A stretch of DNA of 64,000 bases, from the NCBI GenBank assembly GCA_963827235.1, contig CAWHAE010000014.1:160001-224000 (forward strand). The letters run 5' to 3'. The position numbers and the translations under genes were made by a program. Of the stretch, positions 48,889-60,231 are shown piece after piece (the stretch's first letter is position 1; each line of letters begins with the position of its first letter). The stretch comes from an uncultured bacterium (GTDB taxonomy: Bacteria; Chloroflexota; UBA5177; JANWHV01). Below the pieces are notes generated by a model, which was not told where the DNA came from, ran no database searches, and saw nothing but the letters and a program-made list of their open reading frames with translations.

Positions 48889-49509
48889 CGACGTCTCCAA
48901 CCGATAGAGTGGATGTTCGCATTCGTATTCGCTTCGCGCCGTGCTCGGAGATCGATGCCCATTGGGCACAGTCCGGGTCCTGCCGATGCCGAGACGCGGT
49001 CGGGTCGAGCGAGGTCGTAGTCCTTTCGTGCCGGCTACAATCGGTCCTGGCCCGGAGCCATGCCGTCGACGCCCAGCCGTGCCTGACACGGTTCGGTACC
49101 CGGGATCCGGCGTATCTGGCACTATGGCAAGCCACGGTTACCCTAACACAGTGCTACAGCTTCCGCGTTACGTCAAGATGTTCCAGGAATTTGCTCGCTT
49201 GATGCCCTTGGCACGGGATTTCGTGCCTGTACTGCGTGCGCCGGCGCCGAGCAAGCGCACTCTCGGCGACTAATCCTTGCTGCTGGCGACGGTCGCGAAC
49301 GCGGTATGGTGGCGGCAGATCGACGTTGCCGGGTCAATGGAGTGTAGGCGCCGGCTTCTGCCCCGCGGCCGGTTGCCACAGTCGCAAAGGGCTATGTACT
49401 GGCAGTGATATTTGTGTTACCTTCAGTGCGTGATCGGCCCAACTTGTCTAGACAAGCAAGGCACAGTGTGATAGGAATCTGGCCGATCAAGTAGCCGGAG
49501 GATAGAGCT

Positions 49510-49737
49510 ATGAACGATATGCGGCCGCACTCCAGGCGGCATGCGGCGCTGCACCTGATTATCGGGCACGGTAGGGACCATTCGGTGGCGCCGAGCACCC
49601 ACGGCATCACACCAAAGCGGCCCACGGGCGTGACCTCGGCGGCGGCATTGCCGGCAGGCGCTAACCGGGCAGCCCAAGGCGAGGAGCCTCGCTTCCGCGA
49701 CGGTGACCAATTCATTCACTGGATGCCCGTGCACTGA
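49510..49737 (+). CDS. Possible small protein (75 aa)
   Basis: GGAGG 8 nt before ATG; only candidate gene in the gap; mostly low-complexity. Confidence 0.35.
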   Translation: MNDMRPHSRRHAALHLIIGHGRDHSVAPSTHGITPKRPTGVTSAAALPAGANRAAQGEEPRFRDGDQFIHWMPVH

Positions 49738-49805
49738 GCCGACAGTACCACTCGATCGCCGCCGACCGCCGCACCTGGATTGCAGCGGTCAGCGGTGGCC
49801 GCCGG

Positions 49806-51266
49806 TCAGACAGCCATCGCCACGTACTTCGTCTCGAGATACTCGTGGATACCCTCGGCGCCCCCTTCACGACCGATGCCGGACTGCTTGACGCCGCCGA
49901 AGGGCGCGGCAGGATTGGAAACCAACCCCTGGTTGAGTCCGACCATACCCACCTCCAGCGCCTCTACCACCCGTATCGCCCGCCGCAGGTCATTGGTAAA
50001 GGCGTATCCAACGAGCCCATAGTCGGTATCGTTCGCCAGCGCTATCGCTTCCTCCTCGGTGTCAAACGTGACCACCGGCGCCACCGGACCAAATATCTCC
50101 TCGCGCAGGAGCCGGGCACTCGCCGGTACACGGTCCAACAGCGTGGGCTCGTAGAAGTATCCTGGGCGCTGCGAGACGGCACCGCCTGCACGCACCCGGG
50201 CGCCTCTGGACACGGCGTCAAGCACCAGCTCATGCACCTTCGATTGGGCCAGATCGTCAATCAGCGGCCCGATCTGTACGCCCGGCTCCGTCCCGCGCCC
50301 GACGACGAGCGCGCTGATACGCTCCTCCATCAACGCGGTGAAGCGGTCGGCAACCTTTGAGGCAACGTACAGGCGGTTAGCAGCCGTACATGCTTCGCCT
50401 CCATTCCGCATCTTGGCAATCATCGCCCCGCTCACCGCGGCGTCGAGATCGGCGTCTTCGAACACCAGGAAAGGAGCGTTGCCACCCAGCTCCATGGACG
50501 TGCGCAGTACACATCCCGCCGCCTGAGCCAGCAGGTTGCGACCCACCTCGGTGGAGCCGGTGAACGAGAGCTTGCGAAGGCGCCGATCGCCAAGCAGTGG
50601 GCCCATGGTGGCCGAGGAGCGAGAGGTGGTCACGAGGTTAAGCACGCCGGCCGGTAGACCGCATTCCTCGAGCAGACGGGTAAGCATCAGCATGGACAGC
50701 GGTGTCTGCCGCGCGGGCTTGACGATCATCGTACAGCCCGCTGCAACGGCCGGCGCAATCTTGCGCGTGCCCATCGCGATGGGAAAGTTCCAGGGCGTGA
50801 TCAGGAGACAGGGGCCGACCGGCTGCTGCATAACCAGAAGTCTGCCCTGTCCGCTCGGAGTCACCGTGTAGCGGCCGTCGATGCGGACTGCCTCCTCCGC
50901 GAACCAGCGGAAGAACTCAGCGGCGTATGCCACCTCGGCTCGCGCCTCGGCCAGCGGCTTCCCCATCTCCAGCGTGATCAGGTAGGCCAGCATCTCGGCG
51001 CTCGCCAGCATCTTCTCGTAGGCGCGGCGCAGTATCTCCCCTCTCTCGCGCGGAGGGTACTTGGCCCATGCAGGCTGCGCTTGTGCCGCCGCGTCGAGGG
51101 CGTCGAGCGCGTCAGCCGACCCGGCATCGGCCACCTCGCTCAACACCGCCCGAGTGGCAGGATCGTCCACGGCGAGTCGCGCCCCGTACCGCGCGTCCCT
51201 CCACTCGCCCCCAATGAAGAGCTGGCTGGGAACGGCGGCGACGATGTCGGACTCACTGGCGACCAT
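49806..51266 (-). CDS. gabD: NAD(P)-dependent succinate-semialdehyde dehydrogenase
   Basis: EMGKPLAEA, ITPWNFP, SFTGSTEVG, MELGGNAP, GEACTAANR, EEIFGP, GREGG.EGI.EYLE. Confidence 0.9.
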   Translation of the reverse strand: MVASESDIVAAVPSQLFIGGEWRDARYGARLAVDDPATRAVLSEVADAGSADALDALDAAAQAQPAWAKYPPRERGEILRRAYEKMLASAEMLAYLITLEMGKPLAEARAEVAYAAEFFRWFAEEAVRIDGRYTVTPSGQGRLLVMQQPVGPCLLITPWNFPIAMGTRKIAPAVAAGCTMIVKPARQTPLSMLMLTRLLEECGLPAGVLNLVTTSRSSATMGPLLGDRRLRKLSFTGSTEVGRNLLAQAAGCVLRTSMELGGNAPFLVFEDADLDAAVSGAMIAKMRNGGEACTAANRLYVASKVADRFTALMEERISALVVGRGTEPGVQIGPLIDDLAQSKVHELVLDAVSRGARVRAGGAVSQRPGYFYEPTLLDRVPASARLLREEIFGPVAPVVTFDTEEEAIALANDTDYGLVGYAFTNDLRRAIRVVEALEVGMVGLNQGLVSNPAAPFGGVKQSGIGREGGAEGIHEYLETKYVAMAV

Positions 51267-51429
51267 GGTTCTCCTCCTCGGCGATTCGGCTATTGAGTAC
51301 CCGCGGGGAGTCACCGCTCAGGCTGCCACACCGATGACGGCACGCCGGCCGCCGGAGGAATCTCCCCCAACACATTGTCTACACTCTACACGAGCAAGGC
51401 CTTGGCGTGCGCCGGACCTGCATGCCTAT

Positions 51430-53482
51430 TCAGCTCTCGAGATGGACCGGCGCCGGAAGCTCAGCAACCTGGAGGTGGCACAGTACCGTATGGCCCGGTC
51501 CTACGGCCCGCAGAGGCGGGGACTCCAGATCGCAGACCGATCCGATTCTGCGATGGCATCTTCCCTTGAACGGGCATCCACCGGGCCGATTTGACTCGGA
51601 TCTGGTCTCGCTATCCAGTGCCAGGCGATTGTCCGGCCGGTCGGGATCCGGCAAGGGTATAGCAGACAGCAGCAGCTCGGTGTAAGGGTGGTTGGGACCG
51701 GAGAACACCTGCATGGCCGAGCCGCCTTCGACGATGTGCCCTCGATACAGTACCAGCACATGGTCGGCCAGATACCGAACCACCTGCAGATCGTGGGATA
51801 TGAAGAGATATGCCGTACCTCGCTGCCGCTGCAGGTCCTGAAGCAGGTTGAGCACGGTCGCCTGCACCGAAACGTCGAGTCCCGAGACCGGCTCGTCACA
51901 GATAACCAGCTTGGTCCGGGTCGCGAAGGCCCGCGCTATCGCCACGCGTTGCTTCTCGCCGCCGCTGAGCTGCGATGGATAGCGACCCAGGAAGCGGGGG
52001 TCAAGGTTCACGGCACGCAAAAGATCCGCGGCCGCGCGCTCGGCATCCTTCCGGCCCAGGCCGCCGAGCAGGCGCAGGGGCCGCGCCAATATGCCACGCA
52101 CGGTCTGGCGCGGATTGAGCGACATGTCGGGATTCTGGAATACCATCTGCAGCTCGCGCAGGTTGGACCTGTCGCGGCGGCCAATGCCCAGCGGCAGGTC
52201 GCTGCCGCCAAACGTAATGCGGCCTGAATCCGCGGGTGTGAGGCCCAGAATGCAGCGGGCGAGCGTGGTCTTTCCGCTGCCGCTTTCGCCGACCAGGCCC
52301 ACGGTCTTCCCGGCCTCCATGGAGAATCCCACCGAGTCCAGCACGCTCGCGGCTTGTCGACCTCCGCGAAGCATACCGGCCGGGGACCGCCGCGAGCCAA
52401 AGGCCTTACGCACACCGTCGAGCACGAGCAGGCCGGCACTCGTCTGCGACGCCGGCCGGGCGGACTGCTCATCTGCCACGCGGACAGGCGACGGCGTGAC
52501 CACGCGTACCTCCCTCCAGAAGGTGCACCTGGCGCGGCGATCGCCCGCAATTGCTCCGAGCTCCGGGTGCAGGCGACGGCACTCGGGCTTGGCGTACCTG
52601 CATCGTGGCTCGTACACGCAGCCCGAGGGCAGCCATGCCATGCTGGGCATTCGCCCGGGGATAGGTGAGAGCGGTTGCCGAGCCGCCGTGTTCCCGCGGT
52701 CAGGCAGGCACTCGATGAGACCGGCACTGTAGGGATGGCGAGGGGTGCGGAAGAGGTCGCGAAGAGCCCCTTCCTCAACCATCTCGCCGGCATAAAAGAC
52801 CGCGACGCGCTCGCAGATGCGGGTGATGACGGCCAGATCGTGTGCGATGAAGATCAGCGAGGTGCCGAAGCGGCTCCGCAAGTCCTGCAGCAGCTCGAGA
52901 ACGGCCGCCTGCGTGGTGACGTCAAGTGCCGTGGTCGGCTCGTCGAGCAGCAAGAGGTCGGGGCGAAGCGCGAGTGCCATGGCGATCACCACGCGCTGCT
53001 GCATGCCGCCGCTTGCCTGGTGAGGGTAAAGGCGTGCCACCGCCACCGGATCGCTGATGCGCACCTGGTCCAGCATCTCCAATGCACGCCGGCGAGATTC
53101 TCGGCGGGAGACCGCGCCGTGGAGGCGATAGACCTCGGCGATTTGATCTCCGATCTGCATGCTGGGGTTGAGCGCGGCCTGTGGCTGCTGGTAAACCATG
53201 GCGATCCGGTTCCCGCGCAGAGCGCGGATGCGTCGCTCGCTCGCTCTCAACAGATCTTCACCCTGATAAAGCACCGCGCCGGATTCGACGCGGCCAGCTC
53301 CGCCCAGGTAGCGCATGATAGCGTAGGCCAGCGTCGACTTGCCGGAGCCGCTCTCGCCGATAATGCCGTACGCTTCGCCACGCCGGAGTGTGAAGTTCAG
53401 GTCGCGGAGCACCCGTACCCGACTACCGCCTTGCACGATAGGACACGGTGAGGTCCCGCACCTCGAGCAAAGGCCCGGTCAT
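51430..53482 (-). CDS. Fused DppD/DppF-type ABC ATPase with a frameshift at ~53437
   Basis: Two GESGSGK Walker A motifs, SGG signatures and Cys-rich oligopeptide C-domains; true N-terminus MTGPLLEVRDLTVSY is in another frame and overlaps the permease stop (ATGA). Confidence 0.9.
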
Positions 53483-54399
53483 ACCATGTCCTCGTCGTCG
53501 AACTCGCGCTGATCCAGCGCCGACACCAGTTGCTTCAGGCCGTCGGACAGCAGATTGACGCCCACCACGAGACTCGAGATAGCCAGGGCCGGGAAGATCA
53601 CCATCCAGGGAGACACCGATGCGTATTGCTGAGCCTCGCTCACCATCACACCCCAGTCTGGCGTCGGCGGCTGTACGCCGACGCCGAGGAATCCCAGCGA
53701 GGCGATCATAAAGATGGCGTAGCCGAGGCGTATGGAACCCTCGACGGCGAGCACGCCGAGCAAATTGGGCAACAACTCGCGCCACATGATCGAAGGTCCG
53801 CGCTCTCCTCGCAGCTTGGCCGCGTCGACGAACTCGCGATCCGCCAGCGGCAACACGGCGCTGCGCACTACCCTGGCAACCAGCGGTGAGAAGACCAGCA
53901 CGGTGGCAGCGAACAGGCCGAAATCGCCGGGTCCGGCCATGGCCACGATCAAGAGCGCCAGCAGCACGGCCGGCAGGGCCATGGCCGCGTCGGCAAGCCT
54001 CATCAGGACTTCGTCGGCCACACCTCCATAGTAGCCGGCCACCAGCGCGATACAGGTGCCGCAGATGAGCGAAGCGAGCGTAGATACGCCTGAGAGCAAT
54101 AGCACGGAGCGGGAGCCAAAGATCACCCGGCTGAGAACGTCGCGGCCGTGATCGTCGGTGCCGAAGAGATGGTGCCTGCTGGGCGCTGCCTGCAGATCCC
54201 TGAGGCTGAAGCTACCCTTTACCGGATCGTAGGGAGCGACCAGCGGTGCCAGAACGGCAAGCGCAATCCATCCGAGCACGATCAGGGCCCCGAGTGTAGC
54301 TAGCGGCTGCGCCCGTGCCTGACCAGTCCACCAGGCAAGCTTCCGGGACAGGCCTCTTCGCTTGGCGCGCACATCTTCCGGACCTCGCTCCTCCACCAC
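53479..54399 (-). CDS. Peptide/nickel ABC permease (DppC-like)
   Basis: HLFGTDDHGRDVLSRV, EFVDAAKLRGE, LGFLGVG..PPTPDWG. Confidence 0.93.
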   Translation of the reverse strand: MVEERGPEDVRAKRRGLSRKLAWWTGQARAQPLATLGALIVLGWIALAVLAPLVAPYDPVKGSFSLRDLQAAPSRHHLFGTDDHGRDVLSRVIFGSRSVLLLSGVSTLASLICGTCIALVAGYYGGVADEVLMRLADAAMALPAVLLALLIVAMAGPGDFGLFAATVLVFSPLVARVVRSAVLPLADREFVDAAKLRGERGPSIMWRELLPNLLGVLAVEGSIRLGYAIFMIASLGFLGVGVQPPTPDWGVMVSEAQQYASVSPWMVIFPALAISSLVVGVNLLSDGLKQLVSALDQREFDDEDMV

Positions 54400-54402
54400 T
54401 GT

Positions 54403-55353
54403 CTACCTCCCGGCCAGTCGCAACCGTGGGTTGAGCAGCACATACAGAAGGTCGGCAATCAGGTTCGACAGTGAGAACACCAGCGCGATGAGCAGCGTAA
54501 TATCCTGCAGCAGCGGCACGTCCCTTCCCTGCACTGCCTGCAGCAGAAGGCGCCCCAGACCGGGATAGCCGTACAGGCTCTCGGTTACTACGATGCCTCC
54601 CAGAAGCCAGCCGACGTTGGAAGCGATGATCGTGATCGATGGCAGCAGCGCGTTTCGCAGGGCGTGGCGGACGACGACGGTGCGATAGGGCATGCCCTTG
54701 AGCGCTGCCGTGCGCACATAGTCAGTCTCCATGACGTCAATCACGCTGCTTCGCGTCATGCGCACAACATATGCCAGCAAAACGAGCGAGAGCGTGAGCA
54801 CGGGCATGAAGAACGACTGCACAAGCGGCCAGAGGCCCACGGTCGTGTCCAGCGTATTGGTGGCAGGCAGCCAGTGCAGCCAGGTGGCGAAGATCGCGAT
54901 CAGGAAGGTCCCGCTCACAAATTCGGGCTGTGCCACGGCAAGGAGCGAGACGAGCGAGATGATCGCGTCGGGCCAGCGATTCTTGTTCAATCCGGCAACC
55001 ACGCCGAGCAGCAGCGAGGCCGGCACCGTGAACAGGAAGGCCGCACCTGCAAGCAGGGCCGAGTTGCCCAGCTTGTCGAGCAGCAGCGGACCTATCGGCA
55101 CCTGGTAAGTCAGCGAGTCGCCCAGGTTTCCTCGCAGGAGGTCGCCCAGCCAGGTGAGATAGCGAGCAATCGGCGGCTGGTCGAGTCCGAGCGTGTGCCG
55201 GAGGGCGTGCAAGGCCTGCGGCGTCGCCGACTGCCCGAGAATCGCCTGCGCGGTGTCCACCGGCAGGAGGCTGGTCACCGTGAACACCAGAACGGAAACG
55301 AGGAAGAGGACGACCACGATCAGCGCACAACGTCGAAGGATGAATCGCCTCAT
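54403..55353 (-). CDS. Peptide/nickel ABC permease (DppB-like)
   Basis: LGLDQP, GNLGDSL, YVRTA.LKG, HALRNAL, PGLG, RDVP. Confidence 0.93.
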   Translation of the reverse strand: MRRFILRRCALIVVVLFLVSVLVFTVTSLLPVDTAQAILGQSATPQALHALRHTLGLDQPPIARYLTWLGDLLRGNLGDSLTYQVPIGPLLLDKLGNSALLAGAAFLFTVPASLLLGVVAGLNKNRWPDAIISLVSLLAVAQPEFVSGTFLIAIFATWLHWLPATNTLDTTVGLWPLVQSFFMPVLTLSLVLLAYVVRMTRSSVIDVMETDYVRTAALKGMPYRTVVVRHALRNALLPSITIIASNVGWLLGGIVVTESLYGYPGLGRLLLQAVQGRDVPLLQDITLLIALVFSLSNLIADLLYVLLNPRLRLAGR

Positions 55354-55417
55354 TCATCGTTCTCCAGGCCTGCGTAGATGCCGCGCCCGCGGTTCGCGCT
55401 TCCGTTGGCCGGTCTGT

Positions 55418-57004
55418 CTACGACGAGAGCCACGCCGTCTTGTAGTACTGGTTTGTGTTCGGCATGGGCTGGTAGCCTTGCACCCTGTCGCTATAGGGAA
55501 ACACGAACGTTGTGAAAATGGGGATGATCGACGGGCCGTCGTCGCTGATGATCTGCTCAATCTGCTTGAACTGTGCCTTCCGCTTGGCCGCGTTCAGCTC
55601 GGCAGACGAGGCTGCTATCAGTGCATCGAGCTTCAGGTTGCTGTAGTGGGCTTCGTTATATGGCTGTCCGGTGACGTATAGCTGCTGCAGAATCTGGCTC
55701 ACGACCGGACGCGAGGCCCACGACGTAATACCGAGAGGCACTGTCGTCCAATCGGTGCCGAAGTACTGGCCGCCGCCGTCTAGCACGATGTTTATCGTGA
55801 TATTGGCGTCGGCCGCCAGTTGCTGATATGCCACGGCGAAGTCGGATCCGCCGTATGCCGCCTGCGTGGTCAACGTGACCTTGAGGCCGTGGGGATAGCC
55901 GGCTTGGGCAAGCAGCGCTTTGGCTCGAGTCACGTCGCGTTGCCGGATGCCGATGTTGGAGTACCACTGGCCGTACGCGGGCGCAACCGGGTGATCGTCG
56001 CCGAGCGTGCCCACGCCGCGCAAGACCGCGGCATTTATCGCTTGCCTGTCCGTCACTAGCTTGAAGGCCATGCGCACGCGCGGATCGCTGTAGGGTTTCA
56101 TGTCGGCACGCATACGCAGGTTGTTAAAGCCCGTGCCGCCGATCGCCGGGGCGTGGATGCCCTGCACGCCCATCACTGCCTCGGCTTGCGTGGGGGTGAT
56201 GTTGGTCATGGCGTCGATGGTGCCGGATCTCAGAGCGGCTATCTGCGTCGAAACGTCAGGCAGAAACAGAAGCTTGATGCTGTCGAGGTAGGGAAAACCT
56301 GACTCGAAGTAGGCTGGGTTTCTTACCAGCGTAGCGTGATCCGCGGGCACGTATTCCTGCAGGATGAACGGCCCTGTGCCGGATGGGTTCTTGGTGTAGC
56401 TCCCGGCGTAGTTGTTCTCGAGGATGCACATGTGGTAATCGGCGAAGTTGACGGGGAAGTCCGGGTTGGGTCCTTTGAGAGTGAACTGGACGGTGTAGTC
56501 GTCCAGCTTCACCATCTTGGCGATTCCCTGGAACAGGTTAGCCACCGGCGACCCCGTCTTGGGATTCAGCGTGCGCTCCACCGTGTAGAGCACGTCATCC
56601 GCCGTGAACGGCTTGCCACTATGGAACTTGACGCTCTTGTGCAGCGGGAACGTCCATACCAGTCCGTCGCTCGACACCGTCCACCTGGTAGCGAGGTCCG
56701 GGTACGGCGTCAGGTTGTGGTCGAGACGAACCAGGAAGCTGTATATGTTGTCGCCCACCAGGATGGTGGCCACGTCCCCGATCAGCGCCGGATCGAGCGG
56801 CGTGGTCGGCGGTACAACGCCTACGCGCAGCGTGCCGCCCGTCCTGGCGCCCGCGGCACCGGCGCGAGCGCGGCCGGTCTCGTGCAGCCACAGACCGAGC
56901 GCCGACACGGTCAAACCCAGCGCCACTCCCCGTTGCACGAAGTCCCGCCGCGAGACCGTACCGGATCGGTAGGCAGCGACCAGACTCGAGACTTCCTGCT
57001 TCAT
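55418..57004 (-). CDS. Family 5 ABC solute-binding protein with Tat signal
   Basis: SRRDFV twin-arginine motif; PDLA..W, FHSG..FTADDV, GTGPF. Confidence 0.92.
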   Translation of the reverse strand: MKQEVSSLVAAYRSGTVSRRDFVQRGVALGLTVSALGLWLHETGRARAGAAGARTGGTLRVGVVPPTTPLDPALIGDVATILVGDNIYSFLVRLDHNLTPYPDLATRWTVSSDGLVWTFPLHKSVKFHSGKPFTADDVLYTVERTLNPKTGSPVANLFQGIAKMVKLDDYTVQFTLKGPNPDFPVNFADYHMCILENNYAGSYTKNPSGTGPFILQEYVPADHATLVRNPAYFESGFPYLDSIKLLFLPDVSTQIAALRSGTIDAMTNITPTQAEAVMGVQGIHAPAIGGTGFNNLRMRADMKPYSDPRVRMAFKLVTDRQAINAAVLRGVGTLGDDHPVAPAYGQWYSNIGIRQRDVTRAKALLAQAGYPHGLKVTLTTQAAYGGSDFAVAYQQLAADANITINIVLDGGGQYFGTDWTTVPLGITSWASRPVVSQILQQLYVTGQPYNEAHYSNLKLDALIAASSAELNAAKRKAQFKQIEQIISDDGPSIIPIFTTFVFPYSDRVQGYQPMPNTNQYYKTAWLSS

Positions 57005-57294
57005 GCTCATTTCTCCCCACACTCTCGCCGTCAGGCATTTCGCCGCGCGTAGGCCGAACGTGCGAATATCGGCCCGCCAATCGCGGAACGAGTAGCCGGC
57101 ACGGCCTTCAACAGTCCGCGGGCACACCCGCCCGGCGCGACCCGCGCCGTCCCGTCGGGCGACCCCGGCACGCATCTGCTGCGGCCCTAGTCGCTACGCC
57201 GGTTGGCGGCACTCCACTACGGACGATACAGCCCCGCACTACACGGTGCAACCGGGCTACCGCGATTGCGCACCACTTGTTACGCAGATTACCG

Positions 57295-58293
57295 TCAGTC
57301 GGGCGCTATCGGCTCCGGCAGCCCGCTCTTTGCGGAGGCGTAGGCTGCCAGCACGACGGCCAGGGCGCGCGCGCCATCCCGACCCGTAGCGGCAGGCTCG
57401 CGTCCCTCCCGAACTGCGCTCACGAAGTCGGCTACGAGGCCGTCTCTCGCCTCGCTGCCCCATGGCAGGCAGACCGCGTGCAGTTCGTGTGCCGGGTACT
57501 TGTCGATGTTTTGGGCTAACGCGTCCACCATCATCGTGCCTAGTGTGCCGCAGATCTCCATGGTGAGATCGCCCCAGAGGGGAAAGGAAGGCGGCCTGGA
57601 CCAGCTCGGATCGAGAGTCAGGACTGCACCCGAGCGGAACGTCATGGTCAGGAAGGCGGTATCCTCGAGCTCGCCGCGGTGCAGCCCGTTGCTCGTCTCG
57701 GCGTAGACCTCGACCGGCTCCTCGCCAAGATACCAGCGCGCCAGGTCGACCACGTGCACCGTATGATCCATCACGGCGCCACCGCCGGCCAGCCCGAGGT
57801 CTGCAAACCAGCCTGGAGGCATCTGGCCGCGATTGGTAGCGCGAATAGTAAGCACCTCGCCCAGTCTGCCATCCTCTATTGCTCGCTTTGCGGCCCGTGC
57901 GGGAAGACTCTGGCGCATGTCGAATGCCGTGGCGAGCGTCACTCCCGCCTTTGCCGCCGCTTCGATCATGGCTGCCGCGTCCTGGCCGTGGATTGCCAAC
58001 GGCTTCTCACAGAGCACGTGCTTCCCTGCCCGGCACGCGGCGAGACAGAGCTGCACGTGCTTGGCGTTCTCCGACGCGATGATCACCGCATCAAAGGAGT
58101 CCCACGCACCAGGGGCGTCCAGGTCGTGAAGAAAGGGCACGGCGCGGCTGTCGGCGAAGGACTGGCCACGCGCGGCATCGTCGTCCCACACCGCCGCGAG
58201 CGTGGCCTCGGGAAGAACGGCCAGCGCATCGGCATATTCCGGGGCATGCACGTGTGCCGTGCTCAGCAGGGCGAATCGAAGTGGTGCGCTCAT
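57295..58293 (-). CDS. Gfo/Idh/MocA oxidoreductase
   Basis: HVLCEKPLA, GGGAVMDHTVHVVD. Confidence 0.92.
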   Translation of the reverse strand: MSAPLRFALLSTAHVHAPEYADALAVLPEATLAAVWDDDAARGQSFADSRAVPFLHDLDAPGAWDSFDAVIIASENAKHVQLCLAACRAGKHVLCEKPLAIHGQDAAAMIEAAAKAGVTLATAFDMRQSLPARAAKRAIEDGRLGEVLTIRATNRGQMPPGWFADLGLAGGGAVMDHTVHVVDLARWYLGEEPVEVYAETSNGLHRGELEDTAFLTMTFRSGAVLTLDPSWSRPPSFPLWGDLTMEICGTLGTMMVDALAQNIDKYPAHELHAVCLPWGSEARDGLVADFVSAVREGREPAATGRDGARALAVVLAAYASAKSGLPEPIAPD

Positions 58294-59285
58294 CTCGCCT
58301 CCAGAGTCAGGGGCTCGCCGGTTGACGCGCTGGCCCTGGCAGCCAGGGCCAGGGCGAGTGCAGCGAGGGACTCCTCCGCTTGTAGGATCGGGCCCTCCCG
58401 CCCGGCAATCACGTCGATGAAGTGCGCGAGCTCGGTCCGGTACGGATTCTCGGTCGCTTCGATGTCGGGCGTCGGCACGTCCGGCGGGCTGCCGGCCGGT
58501 GCGGCGACCGACACGCGAAACGCTTGAGTCTCCCCGCTGTGATAGCGCAGCAGCCCGTCGGCGCCCGAGACCTCGACCATGGTGAGCAACGGCCCGGGGT
58601 GCCCCCAGGTCCCCGTGACCTGACTCAGAACACCCGATCGATGACGGACGGTAGCCGTGCCTTGAGCAAACGCTCGAGGCAGCTTGCGCTCCACCAGGCG
58701 AGCGTACACTCGCTGCGCCGGGCCGAGCGTCTGCAAGGCCCAGTCGAAATCGTGGACCATCAGGTCCACGAAGATGCCGCCGCTCAGAGATGGATCCCGG
58801 TACCAATTGCCGGTTCCCGATGGGTAGAAGCCCTGTCTGAGCATGGTCAAGCTGACGGGCATGCCGATCTCGCCGGCGCGCACCGCGCCGGCCAGGCGCC
58901 GGTACTCGGGGAAGAAGCGCACCACCTGTCCGACGAGGAGCTCTTTGCCGGCCGCTCGCGCCGCGGCAATCATCGCTCGGCCGTCGTCGACTGTGAGTGC
59001 CAGGGGCGATTCACAGATCTCGTGGCAACCGTGCGCGAACGCGAGCTCTGCCATCTTGCGATGCAGCGACGTGGGTAGGCAGCAATCGACGATGTCGAGC
59101 TTCTCGGATGACAGCATCTCGGCGACATCGTCGTACGAGTGTGCTTCGGCAGTGGCCGCGAGCAGCGTCGCGCGATGGTGGTCGGATGCCACGACGGCGA
59201 CCACGTCGACTTCAGGTATGGTGGCATACGCGTGAACGTGAGCGCGGCCCATGGTGCCGGCGCCAAGCACGCCAACCCGGATCAT
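58290..59285 (-). CDS. Gfo/Idh/MocA oxidoreductase (EKP motif altered to ESP)
   Basis: GAGTMG, PT..H, GQVVRFFPEY, SGG..VDLMVHDFD. Confidence 0.9.
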   Translation of the reverse strand: MIRVGVLGAGTMGRAHVHAYATIPEVDVVAVVASDHHRATLLAATAEAHSYDDVAEMLSSEKLDIVDCCLPTSLHRKMAELAFAHGCHEICESPLALTVDDGRAMIAAARAAGKELLVGQVVRFFPEYRRLAGAVRAGEIGMPVSLTMLRQGFYPSGTGNWYRDPSLSGGIFVDLMVHDFDWALQTLGPAQRVYARLVERKLPRAFAQGTATVRHRSGVLSQVTGTWGHPGPLLTMVEVSGADGLLRYHSGETQAFRVSVAAPAGSPPDVPTPDIEATENPYRTELAHFIDVIAGREGPILQAEESLAALALALAARASASTGEPLTLEAR

Positions 59286-59316
59286 GACCTCGGTTCCCTC
59301 CCGCCTGCTTCTGCTT

Positions 59317-60231
59317 TCAACCGATGTACTGCCTCAAGAACGCGGAGACCTGTCGAAGGGCGCGTTCCACATCGGCCGCGCTGGACTCGTATGCGCGATC
59401 CTCGACCTCGACGCAGACCGGGCCGGCATAACCGGCTTCGGTCAGCGCGCAGAAGAACCGGCCCCAGCGCACGTCGCCGAGTCCCGGCAGCTTTGGCCGG
59501 TGGTATGCCAGGGGATTGGCAAGGATACCTACCTCGTCAAGCCTCTCGCGATCGATCCAGACATCCTTGGCATGCACATGGAATATCCGGCCGGCGAACT
59601 CCCGGATCGGCGCGATCTCGTCCATGTGCTGCCAGATGAAGTGGGAAGGATCGTAATTGAGGCCGAAGTTGGCGGCCGGGATGGCGTCGAACATGCGGCG
59701 CCAGACTGCCGGCGAAGAGGCCAGGTTCTTGCCGCCGGGCCACTCGTCCGCCGTGAACAGCATCGGACAGTTCTCTATGCCGATACGTACGCCGCGGACC
59801 GCGGCGTACTGCACCAGTGGCGGCCAGATCTCGAGGAAGAGTGGCCAGTTCTCGTCCAGGCTGAGGCGCGGGTTTCGTCCGATGAAGCTATTCACCGTGT
59901 CCAGCCCGAGCAACGATGCGGCGTCGATCACGGCGCGGAGGTGCTGTGCGCAAACTCGCCGCTCCTCGATATCGGCAGCCAGGGGGTTGGGATAGTAGCC
60001 CAAGGCCGAGATCTGCACCCCGGTTCTGGAAACGAGATCTCGAAGGCGCCCGGCCGCGGCCCCGTCGAAACCGACCACGTCGATGTGCGTCACGCCTGCG
60101 TACCGCCGCTCGGCTCTGCCACGCGGCCAGCAAGCGACCTCAACGCATTGGTAGCCGAGCCGAGCCGCGAGCTGGAAGACGTCCTCGAGCGATGAGTCGG
60201 CCATGATCGCGCTCATGAAACCGAGTTGCAT
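59317..60231 (-). CDS. Sugar phosphate isomerase/epimerase (TIM barrel)
   Basis: Metal ligands intact: IENCP, YDPSH, HVHAKD, VEVED. Confidence 0.9.
   Translation of the reverse strand: MQLGFMSAIMADSSLEDVFQLAARLGYQCVEVACWPRGRAERRYAGVTHIDVVGFDGAAAGRLRDLVSRTGVQISALGYYPNPLAADIEERRVCAQHLRAVIDAASLLGLDTVNSFIGRNPRLSLDENWPLFLEIWPPLVQYAAVRGVRIGIENCPMLFTADEWPGGKNLASSPAVWRRMFDAIPAANFGLNYDPSHFIWQHMDEIAPIREFAGRIFHVHAKDVWIDRERLDEVGILANPLAYHRPKLPGLGDVRWGRFFCALTEAGYAGPVCVEVEDRAYESSAADVERALRQVSAFLRQYIG

Noticed and set aside
48915-48937. Short ATTCGY tandem upstream of the SWIM gene, considered as a LexA box or repeat array
   Set aside because: Fits neither GAAC-N4-GTTC nor GTTC-N7-GTTC and is too short to be significant
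49208-49227. TTGGCACG...TTCG as a sigma54 promoter
   Set aside because: The -12 GC is missing; it reads better as a short GGCACG/CGTGCC dyad of unknown meaning
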